Shown here: positions 23,282 through 37,200 of the stretch, piece by piece
Position numbering within the stretch: position 1 is the first letter of the stretch
How the letters are laid out: every line of letters begins with the position of its first letter
Origin: Macrostomum lignano
Taxonomy: Eukaryota
DNA length: 64,000 nt
NCBI GenBank assembly: GCA_002269645.1
Contig: NIVC01000317.1
Coordinates: 248,001-312,000 of the forward strand
Direction: 5' to 3'
Position numbers and translations under genes: made by a program
Notes under the pieces: model-generated
Seen by the model: only the letters and a program-made list of their open reading frames with translations
Database searches by the model: none
What the model was told of the DNA's origin: nothing

Positions 23282-25329
23282 TGCACCACTCCGGTGGAAG
23301 CGCCTGTAGGACTTGTAGATGTTGGTAGGCCTGCTAGGAATCGTAGGCAGCCCGATAGGCTAATCGTTAATCCTAGGGCCAAAACGTATGTTAGCAGAAT
23401 CGCCCGCATCCGTGCACAAAATAAAACGCATTACAGCTTAGCGATGTCTCGCCTTCCTAATAAGCGCAGTGAGCGCTCGCCGCCGACAGAGGACGAAAAC
23501 CGATCGGCCAATCGTCGGGTTCGATACGTGGCCACCTCTGTCCCAAACCTGCCGGCCCAAGCGATCGGCGCCGCGGCTGGGCAATATGAACCATTGGAGG
23601 TTCTCCGGATGCGCCTCGGGTGCCGGTCCGCTTAAGACTAGGGTATCACCCGACCGCACGGCCGAAGTTGCCGCCGCCAGGACATCGCTCTCCGCCGCCC
23701 GAGCGTCGACCGCTGATGGAAATTCTGCGTCAGGAGCCGAGATAGAGCAAGAGGCACAACCGGCCCCCCGGTGCCCCCCGCAGGGATCGAGTCAACCCCA
23801 CGGGCGAGGAGGACTCCGCCCCACTTCGACTCCTGCGCACCGCTCCGACGCCGAGCTCCGCTGCCGGCATGATGCCTCCTAGCGAAGCGATCGGGCTGAC
23901 TCTGGCCCAAGTCCGCTGGCAATTGGCTGCACAGGGTGCCACTGCGACTCACGCTCCGCAAGCATCAGCTCCTAGTCCTCCAGCTTCGAATGCCATGGTC
24001 GTCGACCCGACTCCACCGGTGCCGGGACCAAGGGCGCCGACGCAAAAGGCCGAAGCTATGACTCCACCCTGGCCTACGGTTTGCCGCGTGGTCAGGCCAG
24101 AGTTACGGCTGGAACCGGCCTCGCCGCCTAACAGCAGCAGCCCGCCACTGTTGCCGACTATCCCGGAGGACGCCCGGCCGGAGAGGCAGGATGCAGCGGC
24201 TCAAACCTCCGACCATGAGTTGACCGAGGACAGCTTGCCCACCTAGTCGTGGAGCCAGCTCGCTGATGAACTGCGAGCTGCTTGTCCAGCGGCGCTTCCC
24301 AACTCGCCGCAGCCAGCTTTCACGGAGGACGCCGCCATCCAGGTTGTCAGCACGGGAGCATCCGGCCAGAACGTCGCCGGTCTAGCCGGCTCAGGAGCAT
24401 CCGGCCTGGACGTCGCCGGTGTAGCCGACTCGGGAGCGGACGGCCGGGGCATCATCGGCCTGACTGGCGGCCAGGCGCTGATTGACCAAGGGGCCACTTA
24501 TGTCGCCGGCCTACTGGTCATGGCGGCCCAAGCCGGGGAGTGGCCTGACTTCGCGGAATGGCCGCACTGGGACCGGCTGCGTAGCCTAGCGGATGGTGAA
24601 CGCCAGGTCCTGATGAATAGTGCAGCCCGGCTCGCTCGTAACGAGCTGGCACAGCCACGGCACCCGGAAGTTCTGCACGCGGTCACCGGTCTCATCATCC
24701 GCGCCATCGCAGGCCGCGCACCGGTGATGCCGGATATTATTGCTAGGTCCTGTGGAAATCAGAAAAAAACAATTAACAGCAACTCGCATGACAATTGAAT
24801 TCAGGACATTGCCCAGGGTGCTCCCACCTCCCGAGCCTTCGGCTCAGCCGGGCACCGGCATGTCAAAAGGCCCTTTTTACTCACTTGCATTTGTTCTCGG
24901 TGCTGTATTTAGGCGCCTGTTTTCTGCGGGCTGGCGCCCCCGCTTCTATTTAGGGCTTCATTACGGCCTTCGCCCAGCTGAAATTGCCATAAAAACGGTT
25001 GCTGCGGATTACGTTGCTCCCTTTTGCGCCCTTTGTGGGCGCCCCTTTCTCTTGCTCCACACTTACTTAGGCCTCTGCTCATTGTTCAATGGCAACCCAC
25101 CATGTTTAGGCGCTACTTTCTCAGGGCTGGCGCCCCCTCCCATGTTCTAATACTCAAGGGCTGCAATCCTGGCCTTGGCCAAGCCATTGCGTCATTGTGA
25201 CAATTCCATCTTTTTACCAAAGACCCATCTTTTTCCTTTTTCAAATTAAATCTTACTACGAGCTATTTAGCTATTTTATTAAATAAAGCGCGCTTCGCTT
25301 TCACTCCGCCTCTTCATTTGAACGGGGAG

Positions 25330-27260
25330 AGTGTAGTCGCACCTTTACCCGGGTCGACCAAGAAATGCTGGAGTTCATGGAGGAAACCATCAACACGAAC
25401 CCGAGTATGACTTTAGCCAAGTTGAAAACTGGATTGCACGCTCGTTATCCTGACAAGCATGATGTCTCCATCGCAACAATAGGTCGACACTTCGATGGGC
25501 TGTTGTACACAACGAAGCTCGTGAGAGAGTTGCCAGTAGAGAGAAATTCGCCGGCGAATCTGGAACAGCGTCGTGCCTACTGTGAGTGGTGGTGCAGTCC
25601 GGCTGTAGGCAACAGCCCAAAGGTCTATGTGGACGAGTTCGGCTTCAATTGTTGGACACGACGCACGCAAGGACGCGCTCCTCAAGGCCAGAGGGCGTAC
25701 AGACTCGTCGCAGGTTCAAAGGGTCCTCGTTTGTCGGTTTGCTGCGCTATATCTCCAGGGGTTGGAGTAATGCACTTTCAAACTTACCCGACTGGCATGA
25801 CGAAAGAGCGTTTTGGTGAATTTCTCAACATCAGGCCAGCAACATCCAAGCTGCATTTAATGTGCTAGCATACATTATTTACGACAATGTGAGCAGTCAC
25901 AACGATGGTGAAGACCAAGAAGTCGCCGGAGTTGTCCAAATGTTGTGGCCTGCACCACAATGACCTTCTCCTCAACCTTTTTTTGGTGCATGCGAACCGC
26001 CCGGTCTGCCGCCCTAGCTGGTTTGAGTTGGTTTAGCCGGCTTTGGTTTTAGGCAGCCGGCGTGTGCTCAGATTGGCTGGCTGGGGTTGGGTGCTCGCGG
26101 GGTTCTGTTTTGTGAGTACTTGCGCTCAGGCCGGTTTGGCCCACTCCCCCATTTTTGGCATACTATTTATTAGCTGGCTTGGAACCGGCTGGTGGCACGC
26201 TGCTTGGATTTTGTGGTTAGGGCTACACCAGCGACTGAGTAGGAAAACTATTATAAAAGTACAAAACTGCATGAGCCCAGTGAATTCTCGAACAGTGCGT
26301 CACCAGCCAATCCGTGCCACCCGCCGTCCTCGAGCTGCCAGTCCAGTTATCACGGCTAAATAGACTGCGCTATATGAGTCGGTTCGACCCCGCCCGGTGA
26401 GCTAAAATTACGTTGTTCGGGTTGCGTTCGCGTTTTTTGGGACTCTCTGCACGTGTCTCCCCTCCATCCTCGCCGCCTCATCGCTTCACTTACTCACCTC
26501 CTTGCTCACCTGCACTCTTCGATTGGCTTGGAGTGTCTGTACGCCCCAGCTAATCCATCACCTCGTATCTCTTGATTGGTCTCTTGAGTGTCTGTTCGCC
26601 CCGACCAATCCCTCGTCTCGCATCCCTTGATTTGTCCGGAGTGTCTGTACGCCCCAGCCAATCCTTCACATTCACCTCGCTTTCTCATTCACCTCGGTGA
26701 CTCCCGGGCCGGCTCTGAGTGGCTAGCCGCTCCGCCGACCGCGGCAGTACCCCGAGCCTTCCTTCCGTGACCGAGGAGTGTCTGTGCGCCCCCGAGTCGC
26801 ATCTCTCCCTCTTTCCCTCGGAGTGGCCATCCGCCTCGAGGAGCGCCGGTCGTTCGCCTTCTGTCCATCCCTCCGCCGCGCACCCGGGGCAGTCCCACAC
26901 CGAACCCGCTACCCGGGGAAAACAAACGACCGGGCTAGACGAGATCGCAGCCCGCGAGTACAACACAAATACAACGCCTGTCACCTTACAGTCCGTTCTT
27001 GACGCCAGTCGAGAATGCAATTTCTACCTGGAAAGCTGCCATCAAGGCCGAGCTCACGAGAAACACGGACGCTTTCCTGAATCCGGACCAGGCGACATTG
27101 GCTGGACGAAGCAAGGCTACCTACCGGCGTGACCTTCTGGAGGCTGTCACAAATAACACGGTGAACTTTGTGACGCCTGACAACTGCCACGCGTGGTACA
27201 ATTACTGCTTGACCTACGTGCCGCGATGTATTGCGGGTGTGCCAATTAACGGCTGCTTAA
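25330..27260 (+). pseudogene. IS630/Tc1-superfamily DDE transposase split by a solo LTR
   Basis: VYVDEFGFN (D1), YDNVSSH (D2), LSPYSPFLTPVENAISTWK (E). Removing 25941-26969 restores the frame and gives roughly DD32E. Further frameshift or stop near 25830-25870. Confidence 0.88.
25941..26965. mobile_element. Solo LTR-like insertion, 1025 bp
   Basis: TGTTG...CAACA termini, 4-bp TSD CAAA; internal ~57-bp repeats built around GAGTGTCTGT at 26520-26670. Confidence 0.72.
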
Positions 27261-28215
27261 ATCATGCTACAGCTTATGACTATCCAATCATTTTGTGCTC
27301 ACTTTACGCTCGTAATGTCATTCATGTTCTTTTGATTATTTCGATTACCTGTTTTGTTTCTTTGAATTGCTTGTGTACTTCTCAGGTACGTATGAGCTGT
27401 AAAAGAAAGTCAATACATTGAATATTCACTGTAACAGGTTTGGAGTGTCCCAAAAGAATGACAGAATTCAGGAAAGAAAATTATTTTGTCTATAATTACT
27501 TGTCTTAATCGATTGAAAAGTGTCGGAATTGAATTTGCGGAATGAAAATTTCAACCAGAAAAACAATAATGCGCAGGCTCTTTTTACCCCACTTGGAGGA
27601 ATTGGTTGGCAATTGTTAGAACTGATTGACTGTTTGTCGAAAGTGTATGCAAAGTTTTGATTTTGAATCGCAGTTTGTCGCAACTGGTTGAAAACAGATG
27701 CCTCACTTGACGGAATTGGTTTGAAGTTGTTGGAAATTATTGAATTTTTGTTGGAACTGTATGCGAATTTTCAAATTTGTATCACTGTTAGTCGAAACTG
27801 GTTCAAAATCTAAGCTGTCACAACCAAAAAGTGTTGGAATCGGAAGCCAGAAAATTAAAATCGGTTGCAGATAGTTCAAAACTGAAAGTGAAAAGGTGTA
27901 ACGCATTTCAGGTGCGTGCTACCATTGCTACTAAAAACTTTCCGCCTTCTGAGATCCCATCTGCCAATGCACTAAGATAGGGCTAGTAGGCAGCACCTTA
28001 AGGACAGGATCTTTTTTGATCCTCTGATGAACCTTCTTGCGCTAGGAATATCTAATATCTCTGCAGCCAGCATACGAGCTACTTGTGAACTGTTTGTATT
28101 TAAATTGGTACATATGAGCCCCAGTTCGTCCCACTCTGGCATGATCACTGTTTCGATCTACTCAATGCTTTGCGGTTTGAAAATCAGCCCATAATTCTAG
28201 GAATGGATTCAACAA

Positions 28216-28490
28216 GTGCACCAATTCCACGCACACAGGGATGTCTGCAGAAAGATTTATACTACCACGCATTGGTCTTGCGTCATCCATTTGAAGGGGA
28301 AGGAATCTCCTGTTTCAGTGCTTGAGCTATTGTCCTCATCTCAGACTGCTACGACTTTGAAGTTCATCATTGACCTCTGGGTTACGCGTGCCGGGATGTC
28401 CATTTCGGGCTTGCACTTTGATCAAGTTGTAATTGACTACAATATTCCGACGCTGCAAGCGTCCTTGCTGGATTCAACGGCGCTAGCATT
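28216..28490 (+). pseudogene. NOF-FB/KDZ-like transposase fragment
   Basis: PVSVLELLSSSQTATTLKFIIDLW...DQVVIDYNIPTLQA resembles the PVxxxLSxxHxxxxIxxWL...EVVxDxSxAL segment; recognised by eye only. Confidence 0.4.
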
Positions 28491-29569
28491 TTCGGATATT
28501 TGCAATCTGACTCTAAGTCTGACTTTAACAGTCGGAAGTCACATGTCCATAAATTTTGCTTTTGGTCTGAGTATTCCAACTGCCAAGTCGGAAGTTACAT
28601 AGTCCATAAATTTTGCTATTGGTCTGAGTATTCCAACTGCCAAAGTAAAATCGTTAGAACATTGAAGTACCAGGTAGGCCTTTTTATCATTTGTTCGTTC
28701 AAATAGCATTCACCAGGCCGGGATTGTGCTGGAAAGCTTTTTTCGCATCTTTTTGGAGCCACTTTCGAATTCCATTTTATAAGCTCATCGTGTTCTTCAA
28801 GAAGCTGAAAAAGATGACATCAGCGATACCTATGCAGAACTAACAAGTGACCTGCTGTACTATCGTCTTGACAGTAAAGAAAATCGGCATTGTTTGAAGT
28901 AATGACTATTTCTACATGAAGACCGCCACTTTCGCCAATTATCCTACTATGACGATGTCAGTTTCTTTCATGCTTCTTTCTTATTTTGTGTCTTACATAT
29001 ACAGCATAATATTTATCATCTCTTTCTACGAGCTACATTAGACTTAAATTTTACTTTATTATTTAGCGCTGACGTATTTTTGCAATACAGTATAATTTAT
29101 AGAAATATTTAACAGTATATAAAACGTATTACAATCTATTTACTCTCATTTCCTCTCTTTCCTTTACATCGTTTCGTTCCTATACTACTACCCTTGTGCC
29201 ATCTTTTATATTAAGAGTAGTATCAATATATATCAAGAGTGGTTTAAGAGACAATCAGGCGGCTGCTGCTGCTTCTGCGGCCGGCCTTGGAGATTCTGCA
29301 TAGACATTCTCCTCGTTTCAGTTGGTTATTGAAATGTATCCCACTTTGCCTGTACGCCTTTTCTATCTCACCAGTGCTTTGCTAGCGGAGATTCTCATTA
29401 TAAGTAACCTCCGCTGCCATAGACAAAAAATTGACGAAAGATAAATTTACACTTTGTAAAAACTTTAAAACTTTGTAGACTTAAACACTGACACTGAGGA
29501 GCGTATCAACAAACTATAGTTTATTAGTCACTCGTAAAGAAAGATGTTATTATATAGTCAATCGTATCT

Positions 29570-30300
29570 ACCTCAGGATTACTTAGAAGTATTGATGGTA
29601 GTTGGTACACGGCTCTCAGGGCGGTGGGCAACGTATGCCTTGTACATTGATACGACACATCGGTCAGGATTCTCGCACGGATAGATCCGTGTAGTCTTGG
29701 GCTTCGTGTATGCTTTGCGAAGTCCGATCTTGCTATTCTTGGATGTTGTTTCGGTGTAAACTAGCACCTCATCACTTCCGATGGTCACTAGTTTAAGCTG
29801 GGATTTCTCACCATACAATAGATCACGATGTTCTTGGCAGGCTCGGAAGGAAAAGTGCAATCAAAGATGATAAACCAACGTATTGACGAGCTGGGTAGGA
29901 TCCGACAGTCCAAACTTACCCTCTTGCCACATTGCGTTCTCCTCTTCCTTGCTGATGGTACGAGTACGCTTAGGACTCACGTGAAATCCTTCCTTGGCGG
30001 ACAGCTTTATCGCTGCATCGATGCACTGGAACGTTCTCGAAAAAGCCGGGTCCGTTAGTATTGACAATTTTTTCCGTAGAAGTTTTGAAGTTTAAACTGT
30101 ATGTCGGAGACAAAGCGCTTGATTGTAGCAGGCGGGTAGTGATCACAGTTGCCTTTACGCAGTTCGAAAAGGAAATCTTGTAGTACATAGTCCCACTCAT
30201 CCTTCGTCCCGTGCTCCATCTCTTTCAGAACTTTCTGGTTGTATCTAATCGCACCGTCCAGGCCTCGTACCATGTTAGAAATTTTCCGAAGTTTCAGTTG
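29570..30300 (-). pseudogene. Crypton-type tyrosine recombinase (DUF3504) remnant
   Basis: LQDFLFELRKGNCDHYPPATI; ISKEEENAMWQEGKFGLSDPTQLVNTLVY; HFSFRACQEHRDL; YTETTSKN; ENPDRCVVSMYKAY. Multiple stops. Confidence 0.85.
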
Positions 30301-31382
30301 ACTCGCTTCAGCGTCAGAGGTATGCGCGATTGAATGAATGCCTCAATAGCCGCATCAGTACAAGATATGTACTATAGTAGAAGATAGTGCTTGTACTTTC
30401 AATGTCCCTTAACTCTGCAGGTGTCACACCAGCACCACAAATGGCGTCTACGTCAGCAGCGGTAAACTCTTGGAGTTCATCCATTGACAACTCGTTTGTG
30501 TGGCAGGATAAAATGAATCGGTGAAAGACGAGTATACGCACTTGAAAATTAACGCCTACAGGGAGCGGAGAATACTCATAATCTCCGCGAATCTAGTCAA
30601 TATTCTCGGCTCCTTGTATTCGTGGGATACATTATTTTATCTATGTACGAGCGTATCATCTGCTTCACTGTTTAAAATTAGCTCGTACATTCTCTTAATC
30701 ACAACCGTTAGAGCAAACTATTCACTATAAACTATAAAGATGACGCAACAATTTTCTTTTTTTAGCACACAGAAAGTGCTGGTGAATTGTTCTTAAAACT
30801 GGCGCAACAGAGTAAAGTCGCTATGGAACGGTGTCATTGAATAAACAGTCTAATAAACATGGAATAAACAGTCTGCAATGATCTACAATAAACAGCATGC
30901 AATGGACGCATGAAATAAAAGTGTACACAGCAAGGCCTCCACTTTTTTCTTTCACCGCCATGTCTTGTCGCACCGGAACTCATAAACCTGCCTTTGTGCC
31001 TGTCATTAAATGTGCAAGTTGCACAGTAAAAGAATTGTTTCTGCTGTGACAACAATCAAAATTTCAGTCCGAAATTAGACCATAACCGTTATAAGAGCAT
31101 TTCGAATTTCTACTGCAAATTTATGTCGGCAGTTTTAAGCATAAAGCTTTCCAGTAAAACATGATTACTATTATTTCTGCTTTTCATCCGCTACTTTCTC
31201 AGCATAATTTCCACTGTTATGATCCTCTTTTAATTCCATCCCGATTCTGCATTTCGATTCAGCTAAACCGATTTTTTTCTTGGGAATGTTAATTTGGACA
31301 AAACTGGGTACATCTTTTTGTGTAAAAGTCTGAGTGAGTAAGAGAAAGTGACACTAAAAGTTTACACATTCTAACGGTACAC

Positions 31383-33140
31383 TTACGAGCAGTCGGAGCA
31401 AAAATAACGGGTGTCATGCACTTCGCGTGCCGTGTGCGATCTGCAAAGACCTTCGTCACAGACATAGCTCCGTCGTGTTGTACTTAGCAGGTTTTTCTCT
31501 TCCTTGCTTTTGTGTCGGGCATACATCCCGGAGCGCTTTCGTCCACCGGTGGAAACCTTGGCCGCTGCCTCGCGAGCGAAAGTTTTAAACTCTCGTCGCT
31601 CACAGAGCATTCGGCGAGATGGAACATCAATCGCTGATTTGTTTTCACGTTTCGAAGCAAATTTTGCGAATTAGAACCACGCTTGATCAACGGTCGGAGC
31701 AGTTGGTCTGCCGCAAAGCGTTGAAACTCGTTTCGCATATTAGTCCGGCGAAGGTCAGGATGCAGGAATCGCCAAATCGCCAAGGCGTTCACAGCGGCGA
31801 TGTTTACGATGGCACCAGAAAAAAATTGCTTTTTCACCAGAGTCAGAGATCCGCTCGCTGTCGGAAGTGCAAAACATTCGGTTTCACACATCGGTACCAC
31901 ATTTAGTCTTATTGTAATAAACGCCAATTGCCTCTGGCTTGCCGTTGGGAAGAACCCGTGCATCGTGATGCATTGTGGAAAGCATCAGTACATTACGACC
32001 AACTTTTGGGCAATAGGAAATACATGTCAGCTCTTCTGAGAATCTGAACTCTGTTGAATGAGGAGCTTTCGATCGAATCGGATCTGTTAGAGAAGTTGGG
32101 AGCCCGCGTCGGTTTCGCATCACTGTTCCCACGAAAGTAGTCTTCATCTTGTGGTACAGAAACTTAGCAAGAGCTGGGCTTGAAAAAAAAAAGGTCACAT
32201 GTAACGTTGTACCAGTTACCTCGGAATTCGTTGACAAGACGGCAGACAACTTGTTCACTGCTCCAAACTTCTGCGCCGGTTGCTGCTAGAGCTTCAAAAT
32301 CGTTTGTCACGTGGGACGTCAGAAGTTTACCCTTTCCTGTGCACACTTCTGCGTTGAAAACGTACCGAATGTCTTCTGAGCCCTCAACTACAGGGTTGCC
32401 GGCCGAAGTCAAAAGAAAGAGCTTAGCACCATAGCAACATGATTTTTCCTTCAGAAACGTTGTGAAGTCACAGTCCACTTCCCAGTAAAGTACTAGAGTC
32501 TCATCAACGCAAAGATAGGGCCCAGGGAGTACTGGAACCCGCAGGTGAGACACGAAAGAGTCCCACAGTCTCCTGACTCCATGCATACTGTCGTATGCCG
32601 CAGTTCGCATCCGGTTTTCGGCCATGTCGAAGCGTAAATTGCACCAAATCATTTCGAATCGATCCCTGCTAAAAGCACACTGTAGCAAAGGATGGCATCC
32701 ACATTTACGTCCGTGCTCCATAAATCATGGACCGAAACATTACGGAGGTTGTTGCAACCGTAGTAGAAAAAAACGCCTATGATTCCTTCTATTTCGATCC
32801 TGTCTACTAGTTCAAAACTGTCCTCACGGCTCTCCCAAAGATTTTCGTTCGTCGCATTCACAATGGTGTCGAGCATCCTCGAATCAAAGAAGCCCATCAC
32901 AACGTCGCGTTCCGTTTGACCGATTGTTTGTCAGTTGATTGAAGGGTTCAATTCGTCTCTCAGACGAGGCACCTTGTCGCTTGGCCACTTTCTTGACCTT
33001 GGAAGCATTTCAGTCCAATCGATGGTCTCTGCCCGCACCGGAAAAATGGCCCTTCGCTGAACAGAGTTTTCAGGATCCGGGATGAATTCATCATCGGAAG
33101 GAATATAATCGTCGCTGGCGTCAGCCATTGAGTAGTTGTT
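31383..33140 (-). pseudogene. piggyBac transposase remnant
   Basis: FSRDRFEMIWCNLRFD, LCVDETL, YGAKLFLL, NVTCDLFF, FVGTVMRNRRGLP, MLSTMHHD, YNKTKCGTD and a C-terminal Cys-rich region; several frameshifts. Confidence 0.92.
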
Positions 33141-34479
33141 AAATAGAAATATAGCCAAATGCGTCCTTTAGTCCAGGTTGCTCAGTCAGCAATGTTATTT
33201 TACTAGAAGGCAGAGTAAGACGAGCTAAAACTTGAATCTGCTATACACTGAAAGTCTTGCAAAATCTTAGGGCAGAGGTATCCTCAGCAGAGTGGCAGGA
33301 TGACTTGAAAAATTGCAAGTTAAAGTCACTCTTTAGATTCCATCGTCCTCCTCTGGCCACCAGCGTTTATCGTCTATGGCGCGAATTCTGCCCTTCATTC
33401 AAGACAGTAAACGAATTTTGCAGATAAGTGGGAGGTATCTCTTGCTGTCTATGGTAAAAAGCCGTCCAAACAGATTCAAGCCGTCCAAGGCGCGTCGTTT
33501 CAGTTCATTTCAGTCCTCAACAGCCAGTCTATATTAGTGTTATGGGTAGGCTATAGCGCGGACGCACAACGCGGTTTCACGTCCACAGAAACTGTCTATG
33601 GTTGAAAAAGCTTTAGCTATATGCTTAGTGGCGGTTTCGCAGTCCGCGGAGACTGTCTATGGTTGAAACCCAAATAGAGTTTTAGGCATTCTTCTCCTGG
33701 TGGGTGGGAGAGAAAAATAAGATTTAAACAGCTTTAAAGGTTCGGAATTAGCCATGTTTCACTGGGAATCAATACTAGAGGAAGATATTAGCGGTTTAGA
33801 AATGAATGAGATTGTGTTTCTGCAGCAACTTGGACATCGAGATCCTGGTGAAGAAGTTAGTCAGTGGACTGGTCTGAGCGTAAGACAGCAGCAGTCGATT
33901 GACGCAGAATTGTCCAATCCAAGCACATTCAACATTACACAACGCTAGACAGATGTGTCGTGGATTGCAGTTTCTAACTACGACCATGTATTTGAGGTAA
34001 CTATTGATGAACTATCCAACCACATCTCATTCTGTGTTCCCAAACGGTATTTACTGAATTCTTTCGTTTATTTCGTGTTTCATTCATGTTGTGTTTGCTC
34101 TCGCAGTGAAATATACTGAGATGAAAAGTTATCCAATTTTACCCATGCTTAAATCAGTCGTGAGCAGATTTGCTTCGACCATAGACAGTGACGGCGGACA
34201 AATGTAAAGCGTTTCAATCGCATTTCAACCCAGGCAGCCTACACATAATGCGAATTACGTTTTTAAAGTGCAAAGAGACAGCGATAAGTGAAGTAAGCGA
34301 GGTAATATACCTTTTTGCAATCAATTTCGTCGTTTTTGCGTTCAATTTCGGCGCGAGCGCTAGTGTGCAGTCCAAACAACTGAGCCATAGACACTGGAAA
34401 ACTTTTGCGTTCAAATTGGACCCAAGATCGGCTCCACCGCAGAAAACGCCGCAGGATACCCGACCTCCAGCACACCTCA

Positions 34480-37200
34480 GACGAGCCAGAGCTCTGTTCC
34501 TTTCAGCTAAACTGCAACGGAATTAAGGCCAGATCCACCGAGATAGCTTGTTGCCTCGAGAGACATCGCCCGGCCATCGTGTGCTTGTAGGAGACCAAGC
34601 TCCGCACCGGCGAGGAGTACACCCCACCCCACCGGCGAGGAGTTGGTACCCCAACCGACTACCACTAACGCCCGGCCTACCTGGGAGGGGGGTTGTTCCA
34701 TAGACACTTGTTACAAGCTAAAAGCTTGACAAGTGAGTAGTGAGTAGTGATTTTCGTTTAATAGATAGTTTACAAGTTACAAGCTCCGAAAAGTGACAAG
34801 TGAGAAATGACAAGTGCTGGTTACAAGTGGTTTGTTTCATGGATATCGCTGTCGAGTAGTGAGCAGGGCTTGCTTGGCTGAATAGTCTGAATAGTCGTAT
34901 ATTTTCTGGCAAGCTTGTAACTCGTATATCTTAAACCTCATAAGTTTACCTCTGAAGTGATATCATATGCTATTATACACTACTCATAGTAGCAAGTCCA
35001 ACATCAAGTGACTAGGGTATTGGTCATAGACCAAATAGTTTGTTTTTCGGGCCACCTGTAGATTGTCAATAATTTAAAAAAATACATATGAAACGGAAAT
35101 GGTCCTTGGAGCTTGTCAACTTGTCACTATTCTCTTGTCTCTTGTAAAATCTATGAAACTCCCCTCTGCCGGCGCCTTTACGTGGACAATCCAGCAGACT
35201 GGTGCACCGGATGCCGGACGAGACGCGCCTGCCTGAACCGCAACGCTGCCACCATGAAAGCCCCTACCAACAGCCCTGCAGCGCTGCCGCCGCCGAAACC
35301 GCTAGCCGACAAAAAACAACCAAACCCAAGAAAACCACGGGCCGTGGCGGCGCCATTATCCTGGTCCGCGAGGAGGTGCGATACGCCAAACTCGAAGCCA
35401 ACCCCAACGAAGCAGACAAAGTCGATGCCACCGACTACGAAATCTTTCCGCCGCGCATCGGACCCACTACGGTCTACAACATCTACGCTCCACCAGTGAG
35501 CTCCCAGAGACAAGAAGTCTGGACCCCGACGTACTGCAACGTCAATATTAACGGTCCCCGCATCGTCACCAGCGATATCAAAGGACATGACTGCTGGGAG
35601 AAGTTCGCAGAACATTTTGCCCGGGGCGAAGCCTTGGAACTCTGGGCCGCCCAGCACAATCTCTCCTGCAACGGCTCAACCCACACCCGCACCTGCCCAT
35701 CGTCCGGCAGGAGATCATCTCCTAACGTCACGGCGGCCTCTCAGTCAATCGCTGAAGTCATCCGTCCCTCGTGGATGACTGGCAAATATATCGGCAGCGA
35801 CCATCTACCGATCCTTTTCCGCATCAGGAAAAGCCCCCAGCCACCACCGCGCAGTGGCCCGACTAGATGAAGCTTTCGCAAAGCCGATTGGCGGCTATTC
35901 AAGGACATCCTGAGTAACAGAGAAGGACCCCAAGACTGGCATAACATCGAACAGGAAAATACCGCTCTCTCTGTCAGGACATCATCGAAGCCCCCTTTGT
36001 GGCCATTTCTCGCGTGCGGTCCCCTCCTGGTCGGCCGGAGACGAATGCGCCAAAGCCAGAGAAGTCGCGGAATTGGACTTGTCACAGGAAGACCAACAAG
36101 CCTACAATTGCGCCAGGCACCACGCTACGGCCTCGATTTTACGGCGAGAGAATATAAAATGGCTCCTCTCCCAAGCAAACTACCTCCATATCAGAAGCGA
36201 CCTGTTCCACCGCAGCACTAGAGGAGACGGCCATAACCTACGCGACTTGGCCGACAGCACCTGCTGAGACAACAATGGCTCCACACTGCGCCCAGCCCGC
36301 ACCGACAAAGAAAAAGCCGACCACTTCTGCAAGATCTATGCCGAGGTGTCGCAGGTGCGGCGCCGCAGAGGTGACGAGGCTACACACTACGAGGCTAACG
36401 CAGCCCTTCGGGCAACAACCTCGATCGTTGGCCTGAGCAGCCCATTCTCCATCGGCGAACTCAAAGTGGTCCTAAGGAACCTCAAATAAAGAAAGAGTGC
36501 GGGACTCGATAACATCTGTAACAAAATGCTCAAGCAACTACTATAGCACATAGCACGCGGAATCCAGACTCCTCCACCTTATCAACCGCTCCTGGTCTAC
36601 TGGCTATAGCCCTCAAGGCTGGCAGATCTCTACCATCATTCCTATACCCAAAAAAGACAAAGAAGCGGCCGACCTGGAATCCTACTGTCCGTTCGCTCTC
36701 ACTAGTTGCATCGCAAAGTGTGCGGAGAAGCTGTTTCTATCCCGTCTGGGGCACCATCTCAAATCCAAAAATTGTTTGTCACCGACCCAGGCCGGCTTCC
36801 GAAAAGGCCGCAGCACGGATAAACAGCTGGCACGAGTCTGCCAGGACATCATTGACGGTCTTGAAGCTTCACCCTCCCATCGCAGTGTCCTATGCCTTCT
36901 CGACTTTCGCCGCGCCTACGACCGTGTCTGGTGAGCTGGCCGCCAAGCCTGGGTCCGCTAGGGCACTTCGCTCAGCCGACGCAGGGTTTTCCGCGAAGGA
37001 CTCCCGCAAGGGTCTGTCACCGCACTTTGTCTCTGGCTAATCTACGTTTATGAACAAGCAGAACGCATCTTCAACGCTGCTTCAGGTACCAGCCTAAGTC
37101 TGTACGCGGACGACTCCGCGATCTTGGCCACCGATAGCTCCCTGCCCGCCTGCGACAGGACCATCCAACCAGTCCTCGACGCGGCCTCATCACGGGCGTC
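34480..37200 (+). pseudogene. Degenerate non-LTR retrotransposon (LINE) ORF2: AP endonuclease and RT
   Basis: QLNCNG...*ETKL; GGAIILVR, YNIYAPP, GSDHLPI (APE); KSAGLDNI, IIPIPKK, QAGFRKGRST, LDFRRAYDRV, LYADD (RT). Interrupted by a ~470-bp AT-rich insert at about 34700-35160. Confidence 0.9.

Noticed and set aside
33380-35170. Defined MITEs from recurring CCATAGAC/GTCTATGG motifs
   Set aside because: Short inverted motifs recur, but boundaries and TSDs could not be fixed with confidence.
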